A DNA stretch of 64,000 nucleotides from Marsupella aquatica (Eukaryota; Plantae; Marchantiophyta), in the NCBI GenBank assembly GCA_973895155.1, contig OZ316893.1, positions 11,672,359 through 11,736,358 of the forward strand, read 5' to 3'. The position numbers and the translations under genes are program-made. The notes below the pieces were generated by a model, which was not told where the DNA came from, did not search any database, and was given only the letters and a program-made list of their open reading frames with translations. This document shows, in pieces, positions 38,750 through 52,640 of this stretch (position 1 is its first letter; each line of letters begins with the position of its first letter).

Positions 38750-39510
38750 TATAATATATGCAATCCCATTCCCACTTTTTTATTTTGTGAATGCCATTTA
38801 GTTGATGGTAAACTTACTTCTCTGAAGAGTTTATTCACTCTTTCGTGAGGAATTTTCATTAAAGAGTGCAAAGTGCAACAAATCTAAGTAATCTAAAATA
38901 ATGATATGCAATCCCATTCCCACTATTTTAATTGTCTGGATGCCAATTTAGTTATACAGGTCTAGTTGATGGTAAACTTACTTCTCTGAATTGTAAGCTC
39001 ACTCTTTGGTGAGAAAATATCATTTGAGGTTGCAAGTGCAACTACTATAATCTAAACACTATAACATGCACCCCACCTTTTTCTTCTGTGGATGCATCAG
39101 TTGACGGTATACTTATATGTCTGAAGGCTAAACTCACTCTTTGGTGACAGAGCAATTTTTATTAGAGTGCAAAGTGCAACAAATCTAATCTAAACATTAT
39201 AATATGCCATCCCCCTATTATATTTTGTGGATGACATGTACATAAACTTACTTCTCTTAAGGGTTCCCTCACTTGGTGGAAAATTTTATTAGAGAGGGAG
39301 AATTGCAACAAATCTGATCCAAACACTATTATATCCAATCCCACTTTGTTTTATCTTGTGGATGCAATTTTACAATTGATGGAAAACTTACTTCTTTTAA
39401 GCCTGGTAAACTAACTCTTTGGTAAGAAATTTGTATTTGAGAATGCAAAGTGCAAACAAATCCTATCTGAACATTAGCATATGCAATCCTAATCTCACTT
39501 TTTTTATGTC
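38750..39510. repeat. Degenerate ~140-bp tandem array
   Basis: ATATGCAATCCC..CCCAC, GATGGTAAACTTACTTCTCTGAA, CACTCTTTGGTGA and AGAGTGCAAAGTGCAACAAATCT recur about 5 times. Confidence 0.7.
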
Positions 39511-41239
39511 ATGGTTTGTTTAGTAAATATTTATTCTGGCCATAAATCTCCATGGCTGTTAGATTGTGGTGACATTTTTTGGTCACCCTAAACCCTACTC
39601 CAAGTTGTAGACTGCAACTGCCTGGCCATCACTTATGCTCCTACAGTAGTTTCACTCAATTATATCATTTACTATTGACAATCCTGTGCAACACACAAGC
39701 ATTGGGCTAGTCTAACTATACAATGGCAATGTGGATCTACTCTTCAAGGCCTTAGGTCTAGAGTGAAGTCTTTAGTTTGTGACTCTAAGGGCATATTAAC
39801 TCAAGTTTGGGGTGCAAGGAAAATGGGGATTGGGGGCAGGGCAAGTCTCTGAAAATGGGGCAATGTGGGAGGACACACTGGAAACTAGTTGACCATGAGT
39901 TGATGAGCAAGGACAGGTTTGAATGTCTTCACCTCTATTTATGTTCAAAGAACATGCAGTCAGGCTAGTCAGGATTAATGAGTGTCCATAGACATAAAGG
40001 TTGGTTATGGAGACTATGATGGTCTAGGATTTTCATAGAATGTTCTATGCTTGTGAAAATAGTTTTCATTTGAAAAGAGGCTTTAGTGGGCAGCAGGAAG
40101 AAAATGCAAATGGGGGATTGGTCAAATTTAGTTTTGCCTCTACTCTCACCCTGACTATCCTTACCTGTGACTTCCATCCCTAAATTTCCCTTGCAATCCT
40201 TTGTGTTGGGCCCAACTCATTCTCAATCATTTGCCTTGACAGTAGAGTTGATGTTGCTTGAATTTGCTGCTGTGTTCAAAGCTCAAGCAAAAATGTCATC
40301 AGCTGTTATGCTTGAAGCTGAGGCAAAGGCCTCTCCGATTGCCGCTTCTAGTTTGCAAGGCCAAGAAGAAAAGACGGTGACTGAGGCTTTGACATTTTTG
40401 TTTCCGCTTATTTACCCTGTAAATTAGTCTCGTATTTTAGTTCTGCAGGGAAAAGTTAAGTCACCCTGTAGAATGAGTAAACATGCTATTCACTGCTCCA
40501 GGGGATTTCATGCCTTAGAGGGAGTGAAGCTTAACCAGCATCACAAAGCATCCAATACTGTAGGGTAGTCCACACGGGGAAAGACCAAGAGGTTTTTAAA
40601 GGGGGATCCCATACCTTGGAGGGAGAGTAAACTAGACCAGGGTCACAATTAAAGCATCCAATACTACCTGAGAGTGGGACTACCCTGCATTTTTGCACAC
40701 TCCTTGGTTTAATCTTCTGTCCTTCCAAGGTATAGACATGGGAATCACACAAGGTTCCATTAAGGAGATCTCTAGGGAATCCAATATGTTGCAACCCGTG
40801 TTTTCATCTATTTTATGAAAATTTTCATACTTTTCCTCATACTATTCACTTTTTGCTTGAATTTTACCATGATTTTATGAAATCCTCGATCCACAACATG
40901 AAACTGTTCACCCAGCTCTCATAATTACCATCAATTTCACACCCTGGTTTTCCAAAAATGTTACAAAACCAGGCTCACTGACGTCACAAACACTAAAACA
41001 TCTGAAATCAAAAATGCTGATGTCATCCCATTTAAAGTTTATAAATTTTCAAATATCAATGCTCATTCTCCCTAAAACATTTCAAGTGACATCACCCCAA
41101 CACAGGTGATGTGTTCATTTAGCACCATACACACACTATGTTTATCATTCTTGACATGTTTCAAAAATGTGAATGAGATGAGGGTTTTATTTAGAGCAAT
41201 TTACTTTTACATTTTGCCCCAAATTTTCTAGATGGATAT

Positions 41240-41893
41240 GGCAAGCAGTTCAATAAACAACCTTGAGGAACTGGTTTTCCCCCATTCATTGAATATCTCA
41301 ACATTATAGAATGTAGGGCCATGGCTAAATGTACCAAAAGCCATTGCAAATGACCACCTATTGGTTCAATATGTATAGTTATTTGAACACTTTGAAGATT
41401 AAGGCCATCCCATTAGCACATCCAGCAAAACACATTAACGCTATCAAATATGGGTCACAATTGGCACAATATGTAGTGAGAACTTTTATTTGACAGAAAA
41501 GTTATATATTTGCATTGGCATGAATACACCATAATCTTGACAAAACAATCATCCTCTTTGTCGTTGTTCAAGTAACTCAGGCATCATCATGTTTAAAGCT
41601 TCTTGAATTACTATCCGAGATATTTTGTATCCGGCCTTTCGTAAACGAGTGTGAATCATACGAATTCTCCATGTTGCACCATATGCCCTTATTGGAACAA
41701 GTGTTAATTAGCTTCACATGTTTCAAGTGCTGTAAATTTTGTATAAACACCTTTCCATGTTTTGGATTCTTGTAACCATCTCCACAACGTAGAACAATGG
41801 ATATATATTAAGTGTTTTTGAACATTCCGTGAGGGTATAACCTTCACGCAATAGAGTGTTTACATTGTCGACAAACTCTTCTCTAGAAGCCAT
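41240..41893 (-). pseudogene. Decayed integrase-core (IS3EU-like) transposase remnant
   Basis: MASREEFVDNVNTLLREGYTLTECSKTLNI (HTH-like), then GAYG..RMIHTRLRKAGYKISRIVIQEALNMMMPELLEQRQRG*LFCQDYGV. This resembles the YG.RM....L...G..V.R..V...L...DPE....R...L.RR.Y pattern that precedes the DDE core in these elements. Heavily mutated. Confidence 0.4.
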
Positions 41894-42639
41894 AATAATA
41901 ATACTATGTATCAAAATGAAACAAAAACATTCATTAATAAAACCCAACAATCTAAAACATGAACAACCACGGCCAGAAAAGCACAATAGTTGCGGTCAAG
42001 TTTATGGTGTCAAGTATAAGTCCTAAATCCAATGGACCACTATTAAAACCAGAAGGCCAACCTCAGACAAACCAAGTCCAATTTAAGTCATATTATAATG
42101 GCAACCATTAACTCTATACTCCTAGTGGGCAGCCAAAAGGAAAATCAAAATAGCTAGCCACCCGCGACCCTAAGCTCATTGTCAATTGGTCGCAAACAAA
42201 GATTCAAGAGCACTTGTCCTTCACTCCTTCATTGAGCACCTCAATTCAGCACTTTGGTCTACATAGTCTATTGCACCAATATCAATACTTCTGTCAACTC
42301 AAGAACTAAATGTCCCAAGCAAAACTAGGAAGAAAAGCGCTTTCAGCCAATCAAGAGCCAATCCTATAATGTGCAAGCTCAAACAGCAAGGCTGCAAAAG
42401 AGGCTATGGAAGCAACAAAACGATGACTTGTTGGTGTCCCATCTAAGAGCAAGGAAAACAAGTGCATTGTGCAGTACTAGTAAAGCAAGGGGAAAGATAT
42501 GGCAAAACAAAGGAGAAGCATAAGCGCGGTGGCATCAACATACCTTTCATCCATGCCGGAACTGTCATTCCACGGCCTCGGCAAGCCCCTGGGCCTTTTT
42601 GTTGTTGAGGAGGAATGTCGGCATTCACAAGCCCTCGCC

Positions 42640-42960
42640 GCTTCCTTCCAAAGAAGGACAAGAATTCCTGAAGTTTAAATTGAAACTTTAGACTACTGAT
42701 CTTCTTTTGTGTTGGACTGCCAAAATTTCCACTTAGAATTCCAACGCTAAGCGCTTGCGCTATCAACTTTGGCAGCTAAATCAGAAGGGGCCAATCGAGT
42801 TGCAATAGCAGGATAAATCAGCCATGATAGAATTAACAAACTACCTGTTGTCATCCACCTTCCAGAGTCTAACAACGGCTTAAAGGGAGCCCTGAGTTTT
42901 AGGATCTCTTTCTGCACCAAAGTTTGAACTATGGATGAGGCCTCTGGCTTACTCACTTTT
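42640..42960 (-). pseudogene. Possible hAT transposase C-terminal dimerisation-domain remnant
   Basis: LSWLIYPAIATRLAP....DSASA*RWNSKWKFWQSNT resembles the hAT 'P.LA.RLL....SSA..ER.FS....I.S..RN' motif. Decayed. Confidence 0.35.
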
Positions 42961-44848
42961 CCCCAACCTATAACAATAATAATCGATCAGTGGTGGAAAT
43001 TGCTGCAAGTCCTTGGAAGCAAACGGGGTACACAACATCATCAGTTATCAGTGGCTGATAATTGATCATATCAGCCGCTGATATTAGTTATCTCAAAAAT
43101 TTTAGAATCTTAGCTGAGGAGTTGAGATAGGGCCTTCAAACCTCCGTGCATCTTAGTTGAGTAGTTGAGGTTGACTCAATCTCGGCTGACCTTGCCCAGA
43201 TGGGCATGCGGACCGAAAAAAATCTGGGAAAAAAAAACCAAAAATCTTCCCAAAAAGAAAGTTTGAAAAACAAATTGGAATTTTTTTCTCTCATCTCAGC
43301 TGGCCGAACCCAGATAGGCGTACGAACCAAACTCCCCCCCCCCCCCAAAAAAAAAAACCCCAAAATTTTGAAAAGAAAATCTTGAAATGTTTTTATTTTG
43401 GCTGGCCTCGCCAAGATGAGGTGTCTGTACGGTACGGGACGCCCCATGGCAAAACAAAAATTAAAAAAAAAACATTTTTCCTCAATTTTTTTTATAAAAA
43501 AAAACATTTTTTTCTCACACTGTAACTTGGCGGCCTCTTTGAGATGAGGTGGCAGCTGATATCTGGTAGACTGATGAAAATGACTGATAATTGATGAGAT
43601 CACCATCTCGAAACAAACAATTTTGAGCTAGAGTGAAGTAGAGATGAAGTAACAATTTCACTTCTAGTGGCATACTAGTCTTGAAGTCTCCATTGAATGG
43701 TTAATTAGATTCTTCACCGACTGTGTCTACCTTATTTGCCACCGATGGAGGATTCAATTCAGATCATTTCTTGAATGTAGGAAAATGAATGACTTCGGAA
43801 AGGAGTACACTCATTGCTAGTAATACACATATTCTCCAAATATACACATTTGAAAGACTACATGTTTAATTATTTGTGGCATTCCAAGACAAGCATTGTG
43901 TCTTTCCTTAGTCTGAATAAATCAAGACTCGCACTTGCAGCAGCCCGAGTGCATTGATGTATGTAAGGAAGCTTGCATCAATCAAGTCCGGGCAGTGCTC
44001 ATCCTGCAGCAATGTCTTCCTAAAGAATAGTCCTCATAGAATGAGTGAGCTACATACCGAGCGGTTACTATGGATGATAAATAAGATCTAAGATGAGAAG
44101 AAAACAAATTTGGCTTCTGTCCCTTGACAAGAAAGATAAGAAATGGCAATGGACCTGTATCACAAAAAACAAAAAGAGAAGAATTTAATGAATCGACTTG
44201 GGTAAGGCGTACCATGACCAGAATCACAAAGGAGCGACCACATTGCCAACATCAAACAATGATAGTAGAGATTTTGTTGTGCTCTCTGTAGCTACAGCAA
44301 TGAGAGCTATAGAGAACAACCTAGACAATGTTAGCAAGGAAGAACAACAACAACAACCTAAAGAGTAGCGATAGATAGAGCAGCGAGGACAAAGAGATAG
44401 CTAGAGCAGCAAGGACGAAGCAATGTTTACAGCAGCAATTCAAGGATGAAGCAATGATAGACAATGCAGCCAGAGCTAGAGCAACATTCAACAGACCTTT
44501 TGGGTAGGTGGGTAATGCCTTTTGACTTCCTAGGGATAAAAGCGATCCCTAGGACCTCACCGTTGTTTCCCACACGGCTCGCCCAAAAACCTTCGCTTTC
44601 AAACGCACGCGGCTACGGGGAAAAGTAAGAAACAATTTTTTTGCATAAGGGGTGGAGCAAAGAAGATTGCTTTCCTTGGATACCTTATTAGTCGCGATTC
44701 GACCTACCTTAGACGGGGACATAGGTATGGAATACGTAGATATGGTGGGCTTACCTCTAATCCTTTTGGCTTTTGGGAGTGTTTTGTAGGATACTTGGCC
44801 AGAGATATGTCTCTCTAATTGCTCAAGAAATATCTTAGTGACAACATC

Positions 44849-45165
44849 CACTAGAAGAAATCCCCCTAGATTATGACTCTAAAAAATGACACTCTTTGAC
44901 TTTGTATGACTCTTCTATGACTCTTGTCATTCTTGTGACTAGAGTCTTATTAGGTATGACTTAAGTAGTTGAGTCACTTTTAATGACTGAAATTGAGATA
45001 GATCAATAACGAAAGAAATGACTGAGTGAGTCATTGTATAAGACATTTGAATGATTGAATATGACACATATATTAAGTGCTTTCTTAAAGTCATTGTAAT
45101 GACTAAGTGAGTCAAAAAAGCAACTTGCCAAAGACAACGAGTCATGACTTAAATGACTCACTCCT
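44849..45165. mobile_element. CACTA (En/Spm) terminus with subterminal repeats
   Basis: CACTAGAAGAAA at 44849 is followed by many ATGACTC/GAGTCA(T) motifs in both orientations. The matching far terminus was not found before the junction near 52640. Confidence 0.75.
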
Positions 45166-45469
45166 ATAAAAATTGAAAAATGAGATATCAACACATGTCA
45201 CAATTTATATGGTGGTCAATCCAGGCATGGCAATGGCCTTATATTATATCACAACATGCTTCAAATCTTGAAAACTTGGCTTATCATAAGCCTATTACAA
45301 CTATCTATCAAATGTCTCTCTACCTACCTTCTATAATACTAGAACTGAATATTACCAGTACTATTAAGGAGAATTGCTAATAAATGCTAAATGTAGTAAC
45401 CTCTAACTCTAGATAATATATAACATATGTAGCTAGCAGTAAAAAGCTATTTGGGACCTCTTATACTTT

Positions 45470-48420
45470 TTGTTGGCCATGCTATGTAGGTTCAAGAGCT
45501 GCATCCCCAAGTGTAGTCTGAGGTGGATCATCTGAAAATTTTGGAAAAGGTAGAGCACATTTTGGGTTGGCAATCCACGTCAAAAAAACAACCACATAGC
45601 CGCCTGGTAATTCCTTTCCATGTAGAAGAGTTTGGTTGGGTAGCACTCTACCAAACCCCACACAAGCCTGCGGATCTTCTGGTGACAACAAGTGGTATAC
45701 AACGTCCTTCTTACATATTGGACGGTCTAGCTTAGCATCTTCTTGTCGCCTTTTCTTCCCTATAGGTCAGATGGATGGCGTGTTATGATCCACATTTATG
45801 CCCTTGCTACAAGTGGTGACAATAGCAACTTTTTTAGGACCAGGCAATGATGTAGGTGCTTCTACCTGTGCAATTGCACACAGTCCTGTTCAGACAAATG
45901 CTTGCTCTCTATTGTTGAACCAACATCTGTTGCACCAATTGCACCATCAGCAGTCTTACTAGGCACTGGCTCTTGTACTCTCACATGAGCAGGAATACTT
46001 TGTGTCAGCATCTCATTGGAACATTCCCCAAACTTGGTTGCTCCCAAGTTGCATCTAGACTTGCCCTTAGATATGGAGGTTTTGCTGGAACGGCCGACTT
46101 GATATGCTCTACATGCAAGCACCCCAGAAGGAACATTTGAATTATAGCATAATAAAAATCAAACTTTAGAAGCATAGATAACAAAACAAATATTGTACAA
46201 AAAACAAAATCTAAAATGTTGAACATACTCTTTAAATGTCAGAAGAATGTACCTAGAATGGCAGTTGGCAGAGGATGATGACTTGGACCCACCTCTGCTG
46301 ACATGGCTTACACATGCTCTTTAGAAGATTTGTCATACTTGGAGATGACGAAGCAGATGGTGGGGCACTTCCACCTCTAACCTCAATGGCGTGCTTCAAG
46401 CCAAAAATTGCTTGCATGAGCATCTTGAAATTTGATTCATGCTTCTCAATAAGATTCCCAACACTTAATTCTACACCATCCAAACGTTGGGACAATTGAC
46501 TTTCCACTTCCGGGAGGTTGGACTCCATCTTGGCCAACCGATCTGAGATCATAGCCATGCTAGAGAATCCAGTGCTCTGTATCATTGTAACATCTGTTAA
46601 AATATGCATGGTAAAGTTCTATGACTAGAAATCAATGAAATATATGTCAAATGCTTAGATAAACATACATTTATTTATAAATTCAAATTAATAACTATTT
46701 AATGTAGATATGGGTCTGCTAGACAGGGTGCAAGGCGTCTAGCATATACCTTTTTGGAAGCATCACTTAACTCACTCATTCTCATGCTTCTGATTTCAGC
46801 CCTGACATCTTCTTTGGTAGGACTTACTCCGTTCAATTTTTTGTGTCAAAGCCATGATTATATAGAAATATTAGTCATTGCGAGTTACATGCCAAAATTA
46901 TAAATACATCCCAAAGTTGTGCATGAACACATACCAAAAGTTAGTCAAAGTTAAGGCTTTGACTTACCAAGTGTGCTACAACTGGGGCGTTGCCCTTCCT
47001 TCCTGCTAGAGTTGGATTCCTCACACTGGCTTGTGCCATAGACATTTGTTCACTTTTTTGCTTGCCAGTTTCACTGAGAAAATATGTCACCAATCTAGAC
47101 CACTTGTTTGGATCCACCAAAGGTGCTGGACGCATTGTCTTGCTCTCTCCATTTTCTTTCCACAACATGTGCAGCCTATATCTCAATTTTCATTATTCCT
47201 CTAGCATAGTGAGCCAGACATTCACTTGAAACCATGGCTCCCTCATTTGGACCAACATAATCCCATTTGTCAGAAACATCTTTACAAACTGCGGCCCAAT
47301 CAGACCTATGCTGATCTGCAAAAGCAATTATGCTCAAGTCCAACCACCGCAATTATACTTCAGCACATAGATCAAATTGCCATCTATTCTTCCCTTTTGA
47401 AGTGGTAGTTACCCAACCATTTTTATTCACACTAACTCTGCCAAGTTTAGGTACCTCCTCTTTTGCACAACTCCCTATAGTGCCGCTACTTGGTGTTGTA
47501 CTTCCCACCTGCCTTTGAGGATAGTTGGTATTGTCCCCTACATAGATAAAGAAGCATAGTTAGAATCCTTTCAAAGTACATTTTATTGTTGGGATTAATG
47601 TAGCAATTTGGCATACCTATTACTCCTAAACTTAATTACTAAATGATTTGACATGCTAGAATTGTCACTAAGTACCTATCCCTTTTTGCTGAGATGTTGT
47701 ACTCCATAATTGTAGTGTTCCCCCACCATCAGGCCAATCTCTTCGGGCCATCCAATTTTCTGAACCATATCCACTACTCATGTAGTTGGCTGTTCGTTGT
47801 GGAGGTGCACGGGTATAGCGACGGAGACAGGAAATAGGTAAACAATTTTTTTTTCCTGTTTTTAATATGTTGTTACCAGAAAAAAATCACTGTTACCAGG
47901 AAAAATGACAATTTAAAAATGTCTCCTAAAACATGTCATTTTCAAAAAAATTAACAATGCAACATTTTTGGCTAGCTTTGGGCGTTAGCAAAAAAACTGG
48001 TTGACCAAAAAAAATATTTCAAAAAAAAATTCCACCCATTTTCCTGTTACCAGTTTTGTTGTCTTTTGTAAACAATTCAGGTGCACGACAGGTTTCATGC
48101 TCATACTTTTCTCACTCAGGACGTGAATAATCTGACAAAAGTAAGACATGTCCACACATGACAAGCATAAGATATACATATAATATCTGCATACAACATA
48201 CTTAAAAAATGCAAATGAAAGTGTAGAACCTGAACAAAGTACAACACTCCAATTGCAAATAATAGTTTGTGACACTTATTGTTAAATTGTAGACGTGGAT
48301 CATGAGGCTGGGGTAATGGGCCTGGATCAAATCTACTTGTAGGTGCCACTCTCCACCTTGCTGAAGTTTAATGGGTTGCCCTCTCCTATGTGAGGGTCCA
48401 TTCATTGGCCCATGATAATT
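45470..48420 (-). pseudogene. CACTA ORF2 (TnpA-like; Ptta/En/Spm and Tnp1-like segments), spliced and decayed
   Basis: RYRLH...RPAPLVDPNKWSRLVTYFLSETGKQKSEQMSMAQASVRNPTLAGRKG (Transposase_24-like, 46941-47186), a coiled segment at 46253-46560, and CVGFGRVLPNQTLLHGKELPGGYVVVFLTWIANPKCALPFP..TTLGDA (Tnp1-like, 45482-45691). Points toward the CACTA terminus. Confidence 0.65.
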
Positions 48421-51400
48421 AGTATCATTTGGGAGACCACGGCCAAAACCAGCACTTGAGCTCCCCTTGTACTTTGGTGGGTTTTTTAAACTTGATGGAC
48501 CACCCTCAATTGTCTTTCTCTATAGAAAAGAATAAGAAAATATGATAATGCAAAGATGCATCGCAAAACATACGAGGCAAGCCAAGCATCCAACATAGTA
48601 GTTTAATATATTAGTTAACTACAATTTTTAAGAATACCAAATCTGCCAGCTACAACAAAACTTTCATAGTCATAATTCAAAGAATTACAATTAGAAAAGA
48701 ACAAACACTACCTGAACTTTGTTGGGCTCCACCATAAGTTCTTCATTGTCAAGTGAGTCCTCAGATTCAACACTCAGCCCTCTCCTGCTAGGCTCCTAGC
48801 GAGTAACAAAAGTCATCAAGATATGACCCTCAAAACACTAAGCCAACCATGAAAACATAGAAACTGCTACTTCATATCATTGATCTTATGACCAAGCACC
48901 AAGAAAGTCACCCAAAGCAAGGGTCCTCTGTTCAAAGGGCTTGTTCCCAATGACCACCATCCTCCAAGTTCCTTTGCTTCCTGAATAGTACCGCTCACGG
49001 CCGCATGTATCACAAACCCAAAGCAAACAAGCAAGCACATTCCAAAGTGCCCTATGTTATAATTTTTATATAACTCATATGCAAATAATATAATATTTTT
49101 CATTTTATTCATTGTCATTTGCAAAGCGATATGCTTCACCAAGCTTTTCATTTACAGTAATTCCTACTACATATATTGATTCTGATCTATCCGATTGACT
49201 TCTATATGGGGTCCCATGCAACTCAGCCCCTCAAAAAAAGAAAATATCACCATCTATCTTAATACCATATTCTAGGAGTACCAAATGTCCTCCTTCATTA
49301 ACATTTGAAGGATTTGAGGACATCAGCATAGTGAAATTACTCTTATCTACACTGTTTACCATAGTTAGTGTTAGTAACACTAATTGTGTATCCACCAAAA
49401 ATTAGCACCCCACTCAAAATAGTGTTAGTAACACTAAATATGTATTAACACTAATTGTGAGCGATTAAATTAGTGTTACCATTCACACTAATTCCAGAGA
49501 GGCAATATATCACACTCAATCCAGTTTGACAACTTTTACGAAGGCGCTTTGCAACTACACAAGTTTAGCTCTAAGACAGGCTGGAGTGAGACTGAGAAAT
49601 TGTTATGTATATCATGTTACATTGGACCAAGAATTGCTCAAAATAAATTACAGTTGGGGCAAGATCGAATCCAATATTGAATACACCTGGGGCAAGATTG
49701 AATCAAGGATTGAATGCTCAAGATTGAATCGAGACTTGAATGCTCAAAATACAGTAGTGTAGATACAATGTGGAATCTCTCTTATATCTATCAGATGAAT
49801 AGATTGACGTGAAAACTATAAAATCACCCTAGCTTACAGATCACGGAGTTGAATTTGGGGATCCCCAATCCATTCTTTGGTCGTTTTAATTTTCTTGAAT
49901 GTCTTTGCATCTACCGCCAATTTTTTCGTACAAGTTTGGGCCTGCTGAGCTACCATCAAGAATCTTTCCATGTCAGACGTGCAATCTGCTTCATATGTTG
50001 GCATCATTCAGACAATCTCATTTGCAGACAATCGAGTTGAAGGATTGTCATGAAACCTTGTGGGTGATGGAATGTGCTCAATATTGACTTCAGGATAGAG
50101 CAAATATTTGCTTGGCTCAAGCTGCCTGCCCATCTCCATGGACATTTCAATCGAGTCGTATGAGAGAATGAATACTCTCTCAACAAAGTGCTCTAACAAG
50201 CTGAAATGGTCCACCACATCAGCCCATGTCTTGGCCACCAAAACATTTGTATCAACTTAAATACAGTATCGTTGTTGAATTCCCCAACAAGTTGTGAAGC
50301 TTCTCACCACCTTGCCAGCCTCGGTAATTGGAAGGAAACAAATCTTGAGCTCCTTGAATATCTTGGGAGCCATTCTGATAAAAACTCATACTCTATGCTA
50401 CTTACAATTAGACTATTGACTGAGATAAAATGAGAGATTGAGAAACAAATCGTAGGACTTAAGACATACTGGAATGTTGAGATCGACTACTGTGACTCTA
50501 AGCGCATCATTCACTCATGAACGGCTGGCAATAGGACAAGAATGAGCCTAAAATTTGGGAAGATAAGGCCATCATCCAAATACTTCCAAAATGCAGAAAT
50601 GCCACTGACGGCTATTGTTCATTGAGTTGGCAAATGGCTCTTTGAGAGCGTTATGTTCAAGAAAGATATCAGTTGAAGGCAAATTGTCAATTGAAATGCA
50701 AGTAAGTCCACGACTCATTTATTGCGCAGGTTAGATCAAGCACAAATAAAGCATTCAAGAAATCAACTAAGATCAAATTAGTTTCTAGGCTTACGTAGAC
50801 TTTAAGGTGAGCAAAACAAGCAGTGCTTTACTGAAAAATTTGAGCTTACATATTCCAACTCGTCTGATATTTGCTTCCCAGATGTCAACCAATGGGGCAT
50901 TTCACTTGTGTCATCCTCAATGCCAAGGATATGATAGATTTTCTAAATCATTCACATCCATGTCCATATTGTGAAGACATGTACAAAATTTGGTTGTTGC
51001 CATCAGAACCCACTTCTGGTTCCTCCATTGTAACATCATCCTAAGTACCATAAACACTCTCAGGATTAGCCAATGATGCAAAATCAACCATTGTCCCCTC
51101 TCTTGAAACGCGAGCACATTTTTCTGCTGGAGGCAATATTGTCTATTGCACACTGTCTCCTCTGTTGGAATGTGAGCATGTGAAATCACCATACCGGGCA
51201 CCATATCCAGCACCGGGCACCATACCCCATATCTCATTGGTGAATCTATTTTTTCCAGATCTCTATATCCGTAGATGGACTTATAACATAGAAATTATTA
51301 GGAACTATTTTCCAAATAACATGTTGATAACATGTTGGAATAATCATACCTTCCTCAATATATGAGAAAAGTATTTATATATCTTGCAAGAGTTTTGGAA

Positions 51401-52640
51401 TTTTTTTGGCAAAATACAGCTGGGATATGAGCTTCTCTTTGAACTTTGTAAAATGGTCCCTCTTCCTTAAAACATAGGTTTGTGAATCTTTTTGGAACTT
51501 TTGGATACAAATTTGTAATCCATATCCAAGAGATGATAAATTATAGCAAAATTGCATCATGTGCAAAATCTGGTCCCAATCCCACTTTTGAAAATATTCA
51601 GGCCATCGTTTGGATTTCTGGAAAAAATAAAGTCCATCATAAAATTTTGAAAGTATTCCGATCATACTTCCACCATTGAGGATTCAAACACCATATTTAA
51701 ATAAATTTTGCTCTCCCAAAAGCCACTTCAAAAGTAACATTGTATATAAACCCCGAGCCCATTCATTAAAATGATACGGGGATAAAAATAGGATGCAGCT
51801 TCTGGGATAAGTTCCTGTGAACCTTCGTGATTTCTTGAGGGTGGGACCTGTAGAGATATTATATTTAAATTTTAGTACGGCCCAAAAAATTGTCAAAATT
51901 TATGGACTATAGTTGTTCTTTGACAAATGACACCCTTGGGGCAAGTATTTGGGACACACATGTGTGTTTCAGAATCATCTTTGAATATGTATATCAACGC
52001 CGGAGCTGAGAATTCCCCAAATAGTTTTGGAGTCTCCCCCCCACCCCCACCCGGAGTATCAACATCAAGTCTTGATTCTTACTTCACAAATGTGGTCTCA
52101 CCAAATACTCCAACTATTTAAATATTGTGATGTCATATATTTCAAGGTCATGTGAACTTTAAAATTTTACCTTTTTGTTTGCAATGTCATGTTGCAATCC
52201 ACTCTTCACATGTCGCTTGTAAATTATTGGTCTCATTCTGTTTGTTTCTCTTTAACAAATTGAGAGTGGAGCTCACTTTTACAAAAGTCTTGGAAGTGGG
52301 GTTAGCTTCAGGAGTGTACATTCAAGTAAAAAATATGAATACCAAGCTTAACCCATGCATGGGTGTCATTTAGCAGAGGTACTTTGACATTTATACAAGA
52401 GAATTTAACCTAACAGGCCCAAGAGTTTAGACATGGGCACGGAGAATAATGATTACTAAACAACCATTTTTAGCCGGTCAATATGACCTGGCCATCCCCT
52501 AACTTAGTTATCAAGAAGTTCTTTAAGTATCTTCTCAATAATCTACAAATATGTTTTAAATTTAAAAATCTATGCTATTGTTCATGACTCATATGATCCC
52601 AAGGTGTTAATTAAGTTACAGATTGCAGTATTGCAGTATT

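Noticed and set aside
42988-43670. Possible hAT-type MITE with a homopolymer-rich interior
   Set aside because: Terminal similarity is weak and no 8-bp TSD was found. Repeat-like, but the boundaries are unsupported.
44549-44851. 100-aa minus-strand ORF with group II intron domain-V-like words (AGCCGCGTGCG..GAAAG), a possible organellar insert
   Set aside because: The domain V stem cannot be completed and the peptide has no motif I recognise.
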